From the NCBI RefSeq assembly GCF_001194135.2, contig NC_068984.1, positions 54,419,524-54,483,523 on the forward strand: DNA of 64,000 nucleotides, written 5' to 3'. Each line of letters starts with the position of its first letter. Within the stretch, counting starts at the first letter, position 1. This document shows positions 37,490 to 49,657 of this stretch, piece by piece. Position numbers and translations under genes: made by a program. Below the pieces are notes generated by a model. That model saw only the letters and a program-made list of their open reading frames with translations, ran no database searches and was not told where the DNA came from. This DNA is from Octopus bimaculoides (taxonomy: Eukaryota).

Positions 37490-39052
37490 CCTTTGTTGAC
37501 TTGTCAATGCAGAAACCAGGGATAGATGAATGGTTGGTGAGAGCTGTACAAGCTATGTACAGGGATACTACCCGGAAGGTGAGGTTTGGCAATGAGTACA
37601 ACAAAGAATTCAGGGTACAAGTAGGGGCTCAGCCCCCTCTTGTTCATCATAGTCTTCCAGGCAATAACAGAGGAATTCAAGACAGGCTGCTCTTCTATGC
37701 TGATGACATTGCTCTTGTAGCTGAATTACTACCTGAACTAGAGAAGAAGTTCCAAGTATGAAAGCAAGGTCTAGAATCAAAGAGCCTTAGAGCTAACCTA
37801 GCAAAAATCAAAGTCTTAATAAGTAAGTAGGCAGACAAATCACAAACCTCTTCAGGTAGATGGCCTTGCTCAATCTGTAGAAAAGGTGTAGGTAGAAACT
37901 CTGTAAGATGCACTCAGTGTAAACTTTGGACACATAAAAGGTGCAGCAATATCAGGGGAAGCTTAACATGGAAACTAGCTTTGCATGCAGAAAATGCATA
38001 GGTACAATAAACATTGAAAATAGGCAGAAAATAGACTCCATCAACTGCCAGGGGAACAAGCTAGAGGTAGTAGATAGCTTCCATTATCTGGGTGACCAAG
38101 TTAGTAGTAGAGGTGGAAGCTCTGAAAGTGTAGCTGTGAGAATAAGATTAGGATGGGCAAAGTTCAGAGAGCTCCTACCCCTGCTGGCAACAAAGGGCCT
38201 TTCTCTCGGAGCAAAAGGCAGATTGTTTTATGCCTATGTGCAAACAGCTATACGGTATAGTGAGCTGTGACAGCTCATGAGCTGTGACAGATGACATGCG
38301 TAGGCTTGAAAGAAATGAAGCCAGTATGCTTCGCTGGATGTGCAATGTCAGTGTGCATGTTTGACAGAGTAGGCATCAGATGTGGTGTGCAAGAGAGATG
38401 ATTGTGCTGGTATGGTCATGTGATGTGTATGGATGAGGACAGCTGTGTACAGAAGTGCCAGTCTCAAACTTTGGAGGGAACTTGTGGTAGAGGTAGGCCC
38501 AGGAAGACATGGAACGAGGTGGTGTAGCATGATCTTTGAACTTTGAACCTCACAGAGGCAATGACTAGTGACCGAGACCTTGGTGATGTGCTGTGCTTGA
38601 GAGGACCCATCAAGCCAAGTGCAACTATACTGGTAGCATGTAAAGAACACCTTTTGAGCGTTGGGCCATACAGAGGCAAAGTGGCTGAGTTCCTTTCGAG
38701 TGTTGGGCCTCATGGAGGCAATAACCGAGACCTTTAGCATTATGTTGTGCTTGAGAAGAAGACNNNNNNNNNNAATAACCGAGACCTTTAGCATTATGTT
38801 GTGCTTGAGAAGAAGACCCATCAAGCTGAGCAAAGTTGCAGTTGTGGCAGATACCAGTGGCACACAAACTGGCACCCTTGTGTCACGTAAATGCACTCAT
38901 TACACTCTTGGAGTGGTTGACATTAGGAAGGGCATCCAGCTGTAGAAAACTATGCCAAATCAGACTGGAGTCTGGTGCAGCCTTCCAGCCCAATCAAACC
39001 ATCTAACCTGTACCAGCATGGACAATGGATGTTAAATGATGATGATGATATA
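37490..39052 (+). mobile_element. 5'-truncated degenerate RTE-clade LINE
   Basis: GIDEWLVRAVQAMY, LLFYADDIALVAE, VVDSFHYLGDQV...RIRLGWAKFRELLPLL, then a 3' UTR ending in a (GAT)n tail. Frameshifts and stops are present. Confidence 0.9.
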
Positions 39053-39880
39053 TATACACACATACACAGACACACGTACATATATATGTATACATATGTT
39101 CCACATATTTATTCAAGCATATATACTAATAATACAATAGTGTACATTTTGAGAGATTTGGTTAGTTTTCCATGCAGAGGCCTCTTGTTGGCTTGTACCA
39201 CATGAGTTGTTTATCTCCAAGTCAAAGGCATACTATCACCACCCCAACTTAATTTTAAGTATAATGTAACTTGGGCATTGCCACTCAATGTGTTCTTTTT
39301 CAAAACAGTAAGATATTATGATATTAAGTGCAGCACAACCATATTGTTATGAAATTCATTTCTGAATCATAAGATCTATGGTTTTGATTGCATTGTGTGA
39401 CATCTAAGGCAAGTGTCTTTTACTATGATCTTGAGTTGATCCATTCCTTGTGAAATTGGATGGATGAGAAGTCTGTAAAAGCTCCTCAGATTGATTGAAT
39501 CTGTAGTTAAAAAGCTAATCTTTGACACATTGTTATGCTGATTCTGCTTGAGAATTAAAATAAGGGTACATGTGTCTATGGAATACTCAGCTACTTAATA
39601 AACATTTATTGAACCTGATTGAAGAACTGTAAACTCAGGGTTAAGATTCTGACCAAAATACCAAAATGCAAAAAGTCATCTGAGTAAGAGTTAGCTTTTA
39701 TTTCTAGCAGCCTAAGCAGCAATATAGAGATTCCCTTGTTGGTGTAATGTAATATGGGGATGTGATAACTTAATAAGTCTCCTAAACTGGATTTATTTAC
39801 TGTGGAATTTGTTCCTGGTCTTTGAGTTCTGAGTTCAAACCCCACTGTGGCCTGCTTGGATGGTAGACTTAATACATCAC

Positions 39881-39937
39881 CTGGTTTAACGCCATCCAGT
39901 GATTTTTTTTTAGGTGCTTTAGAATCCTCTTCAGCTG
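39881..39937 (-). CDS. Candidate 57-nt internal exon of an unidentified gene (AEEDSKAPKKKSLDGVKP)
   Basis: Acceptor tgttatttctag and donor CAG|GTGATG. Symmetric phase 1-1, open frame with protein-like composition. Confidence 0.4.
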
Positions 39938-41660
39938 CTAGAAATAACAGCTATATAGATTTGATATTAGTTGGTATTAGTTCTTTTAACTCTGAAGCAC
40001 TTTATGATACAAAAGATTTTGTTTCAGAAATCTAGAGAGAAAACTAAGGCAGCATCTGTATGTCTCCTATCATTGCTGTTTGAGACTTCTTTACTGTGGA
40101 ACATCTTTCATGATAGGCCTGCTCAATCAGAACAGATCAGGTGCTACACAACATACATTCAAGTAGAAACATTGTTTTCAATGGGACAAGGCCTGTTTTT
40201 GTTGAGGAGGGAAGTAGTCTTGTTGTTTAGTGCTGTGTCAGCAGTGGCCAGGTAGACCTATGATCAAAGGTCATACATCAATGATCATCCCAACACTTTA
40301 TTTTTTTAGTGCATCTAAAGTGTCCTATTGTATGTGGGATATTTGTCTGCTAAACAAGTTGAGTGACCACATAAAGACTTCCCTTTTTATCAACTCTGGA
40401 GAAAGAGAGAGTAAAACTGATTCAAACTTGGAATAAAGAGGGACAGACTGATTAAAAGTAATAGGATGATAACATTTACTAAACTGTACCAGTCAATGTG
40501 GAGTAACATGAAATACCAAGCAATAATTAACAGCATCAAAAAGGTATTGAATAATGTCAACTATTCATCAAACAATGAAGAAAATCTACATTAAACAGCA
40601 GTCAAGAAATAACAAAAGAGAGCTATGAAAAGTGATTTTGTGAAATCAAGCTTTTACCCTGACTACATCTTTTTTTGTGGTTGTTATATAGTATCTGAAA
40701 TCCACAGATATTTAGAAAACAACTTTGATTATCATCAAGATTTTAGGGAATTTATAAAAATCAGTCTTATTTTTTGTTTTTGAAACAATATGTTTATCCC
40801 AGTGGCGAAACAATAGACTGTTATTAATGTATTGTTTTGTCAGATTTTACAGAACTTATCGCTTTGTCAGTGTAATTTAAACTGTAGTTTCTTGAAGCAA
40901 GTATGAGAGAGAGGTCATCATTTGATTGAAGAAACATCTAAAGTAAAGTCTTGGCAGACTAGTTGACTTGATTTTTTAAATAACTATTTCGATAAATATT
41001 TTTAAGAACTATTTCGATAAATATTTTTAAGAACTACTTTCATACACATATTTGGTGATTCAATATAATGTATCTGGACAAGAAAATGAGATAATTACTT
41101 ATATTTAAAAAACAAAACAAAAACAGTAGCTCATATTTGAACTTTCTGCAGAACCTTGTTTTATATTTAAAAGAGAACATTCGTAACGTGATAATATTTT
41201 AGCTGACCTGTGATCAAAAACGTCATTCCAGCCGTGACAATCCCATTTTACTTTTAGGCATAGCATAACTAGCAGTACTTTAAGGTAGTCATTTTTTATA
41301 AGACGTCTTTATGCAATTATATAGAACATCTGGATGGTGATTTGGTAGCGTTAGTAGAGCATCAGACAAATTACGTTGTGGTGTATAGTTATGTCACTTT
41401 AGCTACAGCAATTCAGATCCCACAGCGGTCATTTCTTCATTTCACCCTTCTTAGTCATTTTAATAAAATTGACACATTAAATAAAGCTCCGACATCGGCA
41501 GTCCTTTAGAAACAAACCTCTCTAAGACAATGAACTGCAATAAAAAAAAGTTATGGAAATGGAAAATATATACAAAATAAATAATTTATGCAAAAAATTA
41601 GAAAGATTCATCTATTTTAAAATATTTTATACCAAAAAATAAAACAAATGGAAAACAGGC

Positions 41661-42255
41661 ACTCGTGAATATAAACAAACATGTTGGACGATACAAGGGG
41701 CGGTAAATTGCTTATACCAGTAAAGTAGCCACTAAACCTTTTTTTATTTTCTCTCTGTTTATTTCTGTTTCTTTCTGTTGAAGAGCATAGGCTCGAAATG
41801 TAAAAGACTTTCTCACTTCCCGAGCGTTAAACTAATACATCTGTTTGTTGTTTATACACCCGTCTTCGTCTTTTGTTTTGTTTGTTTTATTCCAACTATT
41901 AGTAATGATACGTGGGGCCTGACAATATCGTCTGCGAATTGTAAGAAGACCGTTTCACGATCTGTTTCTTGAAATTTAGTTTATAACCAATACATACTAT
42001 TATGTCAAATGTTGTGCCTGAACGTGGAATTTTTAATTCTTTGACCTTATTTCGTCTCGGAAGAGATTTTGGGAACAATAGAAAAGGCCATTAACTAACC
42101 CTAACGAGTATGCACAGTACAGAAAATCTAATTAAAAACAATCATGAATTTGCAAACGATATTGTCAGGCTCCTTGTATCATTAATAATAGTTGACCGGT
42201 AAAAGTAAATTACCGCCGCGTGTATCGTCCGACATGTTTGTTTATATTCATGAGT
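41661..42255. mobile_element. Penelope-like non-autonomous end with a 61-bp inverted repeat
   Basis: gaagagcataggctcgaaatgt tail motif at about 41780. 41661-41721 is inverted relative to 42195-42255 (53 of 61 identical). Confidence 0.55.
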
Positions 42256-42364
42256 ACCCGTTTTCCGTTTGTTTTATTTTTTTGGTATAAAACATTTAAA
42301 AATGGATGAATTTTTCTAATTTTTTGCATACATCATTTATTTTGTATATATTTTTTAAACGTTA

Positions 42365-42830
42365 CATTTCATTGTCTTTGAGAGGTGCGTTTCTAAAGGA
42401 GCTCCCCGACATCAAGCAACTGACTTGGTAGACACCTACAAGAATATCCACCGTCTTTCCAACAACAACCTTGGGCTCCTTTTTGAATTCCATACGTTTA
42501 ACATCCACGGAGTTGCTAACAAAATCAGAAAACAGCACAGCATCCATGACTTTCGGAAACATTTTTTTACGCTCAGAATTGCTGAAGCATGGAATTATCT
42601 AATCGTATCGGTTGTTAGCTGTCGGGACAACATCCTTCAAGACGTCCGTGCTTCCTGAAATTCGCCAGCACTACACTAGATGTTCTTTTTAAAGATATTT
42701 TTGTGACTCATTCCCTGTTCGTTGTTTCTTTGTGCATTATTTGTGTACTGTGCGTGCACTTTTGGCTACCTTTTCTGATGGGTTATAGTGCATCTGAGCA
42801 CTGTATAAAATAAGTTCATTATTATTGGCT
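42365..42830 (+). mobile_element. CR1-type LINE 3' end
   Basis: DLVDTYKNIH...HDFRKHFFTLRIAEAWNYL, ending in a (TTA)n tail. Confidence 0.75.
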
Positions 42831-43225
42831 AGCTGGCAGAATCGTTAGCATGCCGGGCAAAATGCTTGGTGGCATTTCGTCCGTCTTTACATTCTTAGTT
42901 CAAATTCCGCCGAGGTCGACTTTGCTTTTCATCCTCCAGGACCGATAAAATAAGTACCAGTTGAGCACAGGGGTCGATGCAATCGATTCACCCCTCCTCC
43001 GATTTTGCTGGCCTTGTGCCAAAATTTCAAATCATTATTATAATTATGAAGGCGGTGAACTGATATAATTGTTTACGTTCTGAGTTCAAATTCTGCTGAG
43101 GTCGACTTCGCCTTTTATCCTTTCGGGGTCGATAAAATAAGTACCAGTTGGACAGTGGTGTTTGTGTAATCAGCTTATACCTTCCCCAAAATTGATGACC
43201 TTGTGCCAAAATCTGAAACCATTAT
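42830..43225 (+). mobile_element. Two tandem SINE family A copies
   Basis: tggcagaatcgttagc...gttcaaattccgccgaggtcgactttgc...gtcgataaaataagtaccag, with CpGs retained. Confidence 0.85.
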
Positions 43226-43829
43226 TATTATTGCACGCGTGTATACTCACAAGTATGCGTGAACTTAAGTCGATACAAATATATGCATATATAAGTAATT
43301 ATTAGCAAGTGGCCTAATTTTGAAAAACACCTCTCCAATTTCTCGACATTATTGGCAAATAATTAGGATAACAACCACAGAATTAATACAGAACAACCGG
43401 TATATTGAGTTTCCCACCCTCTCCAGAAGAAACTTGATATGCATATTGTTAGAGTATCTAATGATAGATGTAATTTCGAAAGAAGGACACATTGGTAAAT
43501 AGAGAAGCAAGGCAGAAAGGTAAGACGAGAGAAAGAAACAAAGAAAAAGAGCTGGAGACTGGGGAACATAAGTGGTTGTAAAAGAAATATAATGATGGTG
43601 ATGAAATATAATGAATAAGTAGAATGGGATAAAGGAGACAAGAGCCAGAATGACGAAGAAAAGAAAGTGAGATGAAAAAGAAAACGACAGAAATGTGAAC
43701 GAAAAATAGAAGGCAGAAAGTGAAGATGAAGATTTTAAAAAATGCCGAGAAGGAAAAAAAAAAAAAATAAGAAAACGGTAGACGAGGAGAACAAAGAAGC
43801 AATGACAAAAAGAATAACGTCATAATATT

Positions 43830-44035
43830 TCTTTATTGCCCACACGGGGCTAAACATAGAAAGGAGGGATTAAGTCGATTACATCGACACCAGTGTGTAA
43901 CTGGTACTTATTTAATCGACCCCGAAAAGATGAAAGGCAAAGTCAACCTCGGCGGAATTTGAACTCAGAACGTAACGGCAGACGAAATGCCGCTAAGCAG
44001 TTCGCCCGGCGTGCTAACAATTCTGCCAGCTCGGT
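43830..44035 (-). mobile_element. SINE family A copy
   Basis: Consensus-like, with CpGs retained. Confidence 0.85.
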
Positions 44036-44091
44036 TTTTATAGCGGCCATAATATAAGGATCAGTAAAAACAAGTGTGTTGAAATAGTTAT

Positions 44092-45600
44092 TATAGAAGG
44101 TTAACAACATGTTGAGACTAGATATTCTGCACATATTTAAATATATCTAATATCTATCTTTCGTGAAAATTTCAAGTGAACGGAATAAATATTTCGTAAT
44201 TTATGAAGAAATAAACAAACAATCTTCCAAATCGCTGCGGCTAAAAGTTAAGGGTCACTTAGAAAAAAATGAACTACTAACCAAGGTATTTGTTGTTTAG
44301 AAGATTGTTAATGGGTTAACAGTTACTTCTTATGATATTACATTATTGGAACATTCAACTGGCAACATGGCAGCTTGTGAGAGATGACCGGTGTCCTGTG
44401 ATGAAAAACAAAGGATTGTGTGCCTTCACCGAGAGGGCAAGTCAAATCCTGTGATAGCAACTACTGTAGGAAGGTCTAGAAGTTTTGTGCCACGAATTCT
44501 AGCTCGTTTTAAGTCACCAGGTTCGACAGATGATTAACCCCAAACTGGTAGACCTCGTAAGACTTCACCAAGACAGGATCGTATTATGGTTAGAATGTCA
44601 CTGAAGGATAGGTTTAAGAGTGCTGCTGAGATATTCCGCGAGTTTAGCTTCACTTCCGATGTCAAAGCAGTTCCTCGAAGGCTACGAGGTTCTGGGTTGC
44701 TTGCTCGGGCTCCGGCAAAGAAACCTCTGATCGCCAAAAAGAATCAAAGAGCTCGTCTTCATTTCACTCACGAACATGTCGTTTGGACAGAAGAACAGTG
44801 GTCGTAGGTTCATTTTAGCGATGAAGCGAAGTTTAATGTGATTGGTTCCGATGGCGGGATGTACGTCCGACGAAGAAGTGGCGAAAGGTTATCTAGTGTA
44901 CGTGTGAAGAAGACAGTGCAATATGGAGGAGGCAGTGTGATGGTATGGGGAGCGATCTCTGCTGCTGGTCCAGGTGTATTCATACGCCTACAAGTGACTG
45001 TCAACTGAAATCTACAAGCAGATTCTTAGACAGCATACCCCTTGCACATTTCCGATCCTCGTCAGTTCAACTTCTTTTCTTCGTGCAGGACAACGCTCCC
45101 TGTCACATTGCGAAGAGAGTCATAGGCTTTATGAGTGATGAAGGGGTTGATCTCATGGACTGGTCACCTCAAAGTCCCGATCTCAGCCCTATAGAAAACG
45201 TTTGGAAGATTACTGGAGATGGGGCGCGAAGGAGAAATCGAAAGAACCAAGATGAACTCTGGTAATTATTGGAAAACAAATGAAACAATATTACTTCATC
45301 ATTTTGCAAGAAATTAATTAAGTCTTGAGATAACAGATGTCAGGAGGTTATTGATAGTAAAGGGATGTTCACAAAATATTAATAGTAAGGGTTTCTTTTT
45401 TGTTTTTAGTCCATTTTCATTGTTTTTCTAAGTGACCCTTAACTTTTGGCCATTGCAGATAGAAAGATTATTTGTTTATTTCCTTATAACTTACGAAATA
45501 TTTATTCCATTCACTTGAAATTTTCACGAAAGGTAGATATTAGATATATCTAAATATGTGTAAAATATGTAGTCTCAACGTTTTGTTAATCTTATCTATA
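44092..45600 (+). mobile_element. Tc1-like (DD34E) transposon, defective, with inverted repeats of about 200 bp
   Basis: VHFSDEAKFNVIGSDG...VRRRSGE...QYGGGSVMVWG, FVQDNAPCH and DWSPQSPDLSPIENVW. Arms at about 44092-44290 and 45395-45600. Stops and frameshifts are present. Confidence 0.92.
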
Positions 45601-45801
45601 AAAGGCAGATTTTTCTATGTGTGTGTGTGTTGAAAATTCATACATTTACACAACAAGCATACATGTATGTATGCATGTATGTATGTATGTTTTAAATAAA
45701 AAGTATGAAACTCTACTCATATTTAGTATTGAGTGCTACATATCAAAGTTATCAATTTCGATTGAACCAATTTCAGCAAATTAAATACATCTCGCTGTCT
45801 G

Positions 45802-45847
<46 letters not shown>

Positions 45848-46059
45848 GGTACATTGTTGACATGTAAAATTGAATGACGTCATAAACGCTTCTGGAGGAG
45901 TCGAAATAAAGACTTAACGATTTAATCTCAAACAAGGAAATATCGAAAAGACGAAGCGGTTGATATTAGAGATGAAGCTACACTGGTGTGAGCAAGTCGT
46001 CGCTAAGGAAAGTGAATTTAGAACAATAACCCCGTATAAAACGATTTTTATCCTTGGGT

Positions 46060-46340
46060 AGCAACTATTATTTCTTACTTGTTTACCCCTACAAAATATG
46101 AAAAATGGCTAATATTTCCTTCAAACTTTGCTTTTGTTACATTTATTCAAACCCCAAAGAATCCCTCTCAACACATGGCTATGATGCTCCCCCACTACTG
46201 CTCATGATCAGAGATGCACATACTATCAGCCACTAAGTGACATGCTCAAGTGGTTATGGTCAAGCAACTGACAAAGCAAATTCGTGGTATTGAGCAGAAT
46301 ATTTGCTATAACGATATTTCTACTTCAGCAACTCAATGCT
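46060..46340 (+). repeat. Interspersed repeat, inverted relative to 63130-63700
   Basis: ctctcaacacatggctatgatgctcccccactactgc...gagcagaatatttgct matches the reverse complement of about 63240-63390. Confidence 0.7.
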
Positions 46341-46902
46341 GAATCTATCTGAAATGTAATGGAAAATAGGCCAGCTTCAAAACATAGATGTCCAGGTCAC
46401 AAAAGCAAAGTTTGAAGGGAATAATAGTAATTTTCTTTGATTTCTGTATTGAAGCAAATAGGAAATAACACTTACTGACCCCACTCCCCGCAAAAAGAAA
46501 CAAACTCCATCTCACACAGTCTACCGTAAATGCCAACGGTGTAAAAACGCTCCAGGTATTTCTATCGTTCTCTTTCAATATGTACTTTGTGAGTTACACA
46601 CAAACGTAAAGAAGGATATAATTGATTCATAAAAATTTGTATAATATCAGTTTATATTTTCATCTGAAGAAATGACAGGCTAAATTGACTTCAACAGGAT
46701 CCAAACTCTCAGAAAGAAAAAATATTTATTCCAGAAACCCTGTTACACATCTAACACCCATACTTACAAGTCAAAAGAGAAGGTCTAGGAGGTTACACAA
46801 GCCTGCTAGACTTAGCAGCAAAATTTCCTCAAGTTACACCCTGCCATCTCAGAACACGAAATGCAACAAATGGCAGATATCGCAAAGCACGCGCACACAC
46901 GC

Positions 46903-46939
<37 letters not shown>

Positions 46940-47479
46940 GACAAGGCTTCCACCTTTCTATGTCCCAATCAGTATTCTTGACATAGATTCCAAACAAGAT
47001 CACGGTCAAGGTGACTTATGATCAAAAGTGTTTCAGTTATGATCACAACTATTTTGGCACCAATCCAGATTCGCCTATCACTTAACAGTTTTACATTTCA
47101 TTTGACAGCTAACAGTTTTGCACTTTTTCACACTTTCACTTTACCTTTGAAATTACATTGTACGCTCACCATAACAGCTATAAGATCGCTACTCTTGCGA
47201 GAAATAGCAGCCAAGTGTACCTCAAATTACATCCTAATACTTTTAAAAGAAGAAAGTACACATTTCTAATGATAGTCATTGCTGGGATGCCTGACCAAGT
47301 GTTAACAACAGCTATAGAAGATGAGAACTTTCTTAAAGGTTTATTAAGGTAACCTAAAGCTAAAAAATAAAAAGAATTACGAAAATCCTTTTATAAAATT
47401 GAATAAATAAATAAATAAATGAGCGGAATATATTTTTAAACATTTTAAATAAAGATGAAAACAGGTTCAGTTTGGCTCA

Positions 47480-49570
47480 ATTTCGCAGTACTTGACTGGT
47501 ACTTATTTCATCGATCCCTGAACGTGATGTCGACCTCAGCAGAACTCGAACTCTGGACATAAAGAACCAAAAGAAGTGCTGTTAAACACTTTGTTCGATG
47601 CGCTAACGACTCTACCAGCTCGCCACCTTTAGGCAGAGTGTAATTTAATCCTTTCTTCTCTAGGTACAAGGCCTGGAATTTTGGGGCAGAGTATAATCGA
47701 TTACATCTACCCCAGTACTCAACTGATACTTGATTTATCGACCCCGAAAGGATGAATGGCAAAGTCGATCTCGTAACGTAGCGACAAACGAAATACCACT
47801 AAGCATTTCGCCCGGTGTTCTAACGATTCTGCCAGCTCGCCCCTTATGCAGACTGTAATTAATTGTAGAAAGTATTAATTTTTGAAATCCTTTTGAAAAA
47901 AAAACGAAACACGAAACCAAATGTATTGTTGCAAATATTGATTGTATCAGAAAAAAAAAAAAAAAAAAAAAACATTCTATACAAAAAAATTTTGGTTTAC
48001 TTTGAAATAATTTTAAATCATTTGTAAGAATGATGGAAAGAATTTAGGGAAACACCTTAGATGAGAAACGAAACATTCCGTTTGCAAAACTTTTTGTTGG
48101 TTTGCCGTGAATCAGGAATTTTGTGGACCCAGTAATTGCAACTAGCACAAACAATGCATAATCTATGTTGCAAAAAGCTAAAAGTACGAAGGAAAAAGTA
48201 AATATATGTGGTTCTCATTGAACTCTACTTCGTGGCTATTTAGAAGAAATGTCGTGACAAACATGAAAATGAGCATATTGCTTTTTGCACAATATGAATG
48301 ACATCCATTCGTTTTATCAAGCTTTTTTGTAACTATATTTGGAACAATAATGCTTCCAACTTTTGTATTTTAGTTTTCAAAATACTGTATTTGATGACAT
48401 AAAACGCACTTTTCCCAAGAAAAATAAAGAAGTCTCAAAGAATCACCCCGGGTCCTACATGCAAAGCTAATTATTTCTTTGAGGTTTACTACTGTGGGAT
48501 AATTTCAACCCTGACAGTGTCTTTTACTTACTCCGACTCCATAATAATATTTACTAGAAGATTATTGGTTTCAGATTTTGGCACAAGGCCAGCAAATTCG
48601 GGGCAGGGATTATGTCGATTACATTGACTCCAGTGATCAACTGGTACTTACTTTATGGATCACCAAAGGCTAAAAGGCAAAGTCGAACTCGGCAGAATCT
48701 GAACTCAAAACGTAGAGAAGGACGAAATGCCGTTAAGTGGTTTGGCTGGCGTGCTAACGATTCTGCCAGTTCACCACCTTAGAGATTGCGTTAAAGTTTT
48801 TACTGTATTTAAAGTACATAAATGCTTTAATACAGTAAAAAAAAAAGAAAAAAAAGAATTATTGAATATGCACTGCTGAAACTGGATGCGTAAGAATGGC
48901 CGTGTATCTTTTATGCTTTCAGATACAGTTATAGGATAATTCTGATATGAAACCTTTTTCCATGTAGCTTGCTTGAAACGATATCATATATTGCCTTCGT
49001 GTTTTTCAGCCCAATCTAGAGTTCTGAATGTTGTAAATATTTTTGTAACAATTCTACTGTGGTATCTAAGTTTTGAAACTAATAAAAAATTCACATATAA
49101 ATTGTTTTTTTTTTTTCATACAGTATTTACGACAATAAATTTTTCTTTTGTGTTTCGTTTTCTTTTTTTTGCCAAAATTTGGTGGGAGAAGACTAGTCAA
49201 TTACATCGACCTCCAGTACTCAACTTGTCGACCCCGAATAATGAAAGGCAAAGTCGACCTCGGTGGCATTTAAACTTAGAATGTAAAATAGGAAGAAATG
49301 CCGCTAAGCATTTTTCTCGGTGGAGTAACGATGCTGCCAATTTGGCACCTTTGAGGCTAATTTATAATCCTTTCTACTGTAGGTACAAGGCCTGAAATTT
49401 TAAGGTAGGAGACTTGTCGATCATATCGGCCCATTACTTAATTTATCGACTTCGAAAGGACGAAAGGCAAAGTCAACCTCGGCAGAATTTAAACTCAGAA
49501 CGTAAAGACAGACTAAACATCGCTAAGCATTTTGCTCGGCGTGCTAATGATTCTGTCAGCTCGCCGCCTT
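47480..49570 (-). mobile_element. Dispersed SINE family A copies (about 47480-47845, 48570-48782 and 49170-49570)
   Basis: Five recognisable units, with CpGs largely retained. Confidence 0.8.
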
Positions 49571-49657
49571 AAGGCTTAATTTATAATAGAAGGTATTACC
49601 AGTTTTAGGAATCATCTTTATATATATATATATATATATATATAAATCTCAGATAGC

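Noticed and set aside
38720-38820. Direct repeat of about 44 bp within the RTE LINE
   Set aside because: The two copies flank a 10-N gap, which is typical of an unmerged contig overlap.
40982-41037. 25-bp tandem duplication at the CpG boundary
   Set aside because: An ordinary slippage-type duplication with no recognisable motif.
42830-42930. tRNA genes at SINE heads (also about 10255-10295, minus strand)
   Set aside because: A-box and B-box motifs are present, but there is no cloverleaf and the sequence continues into SINE bodies.
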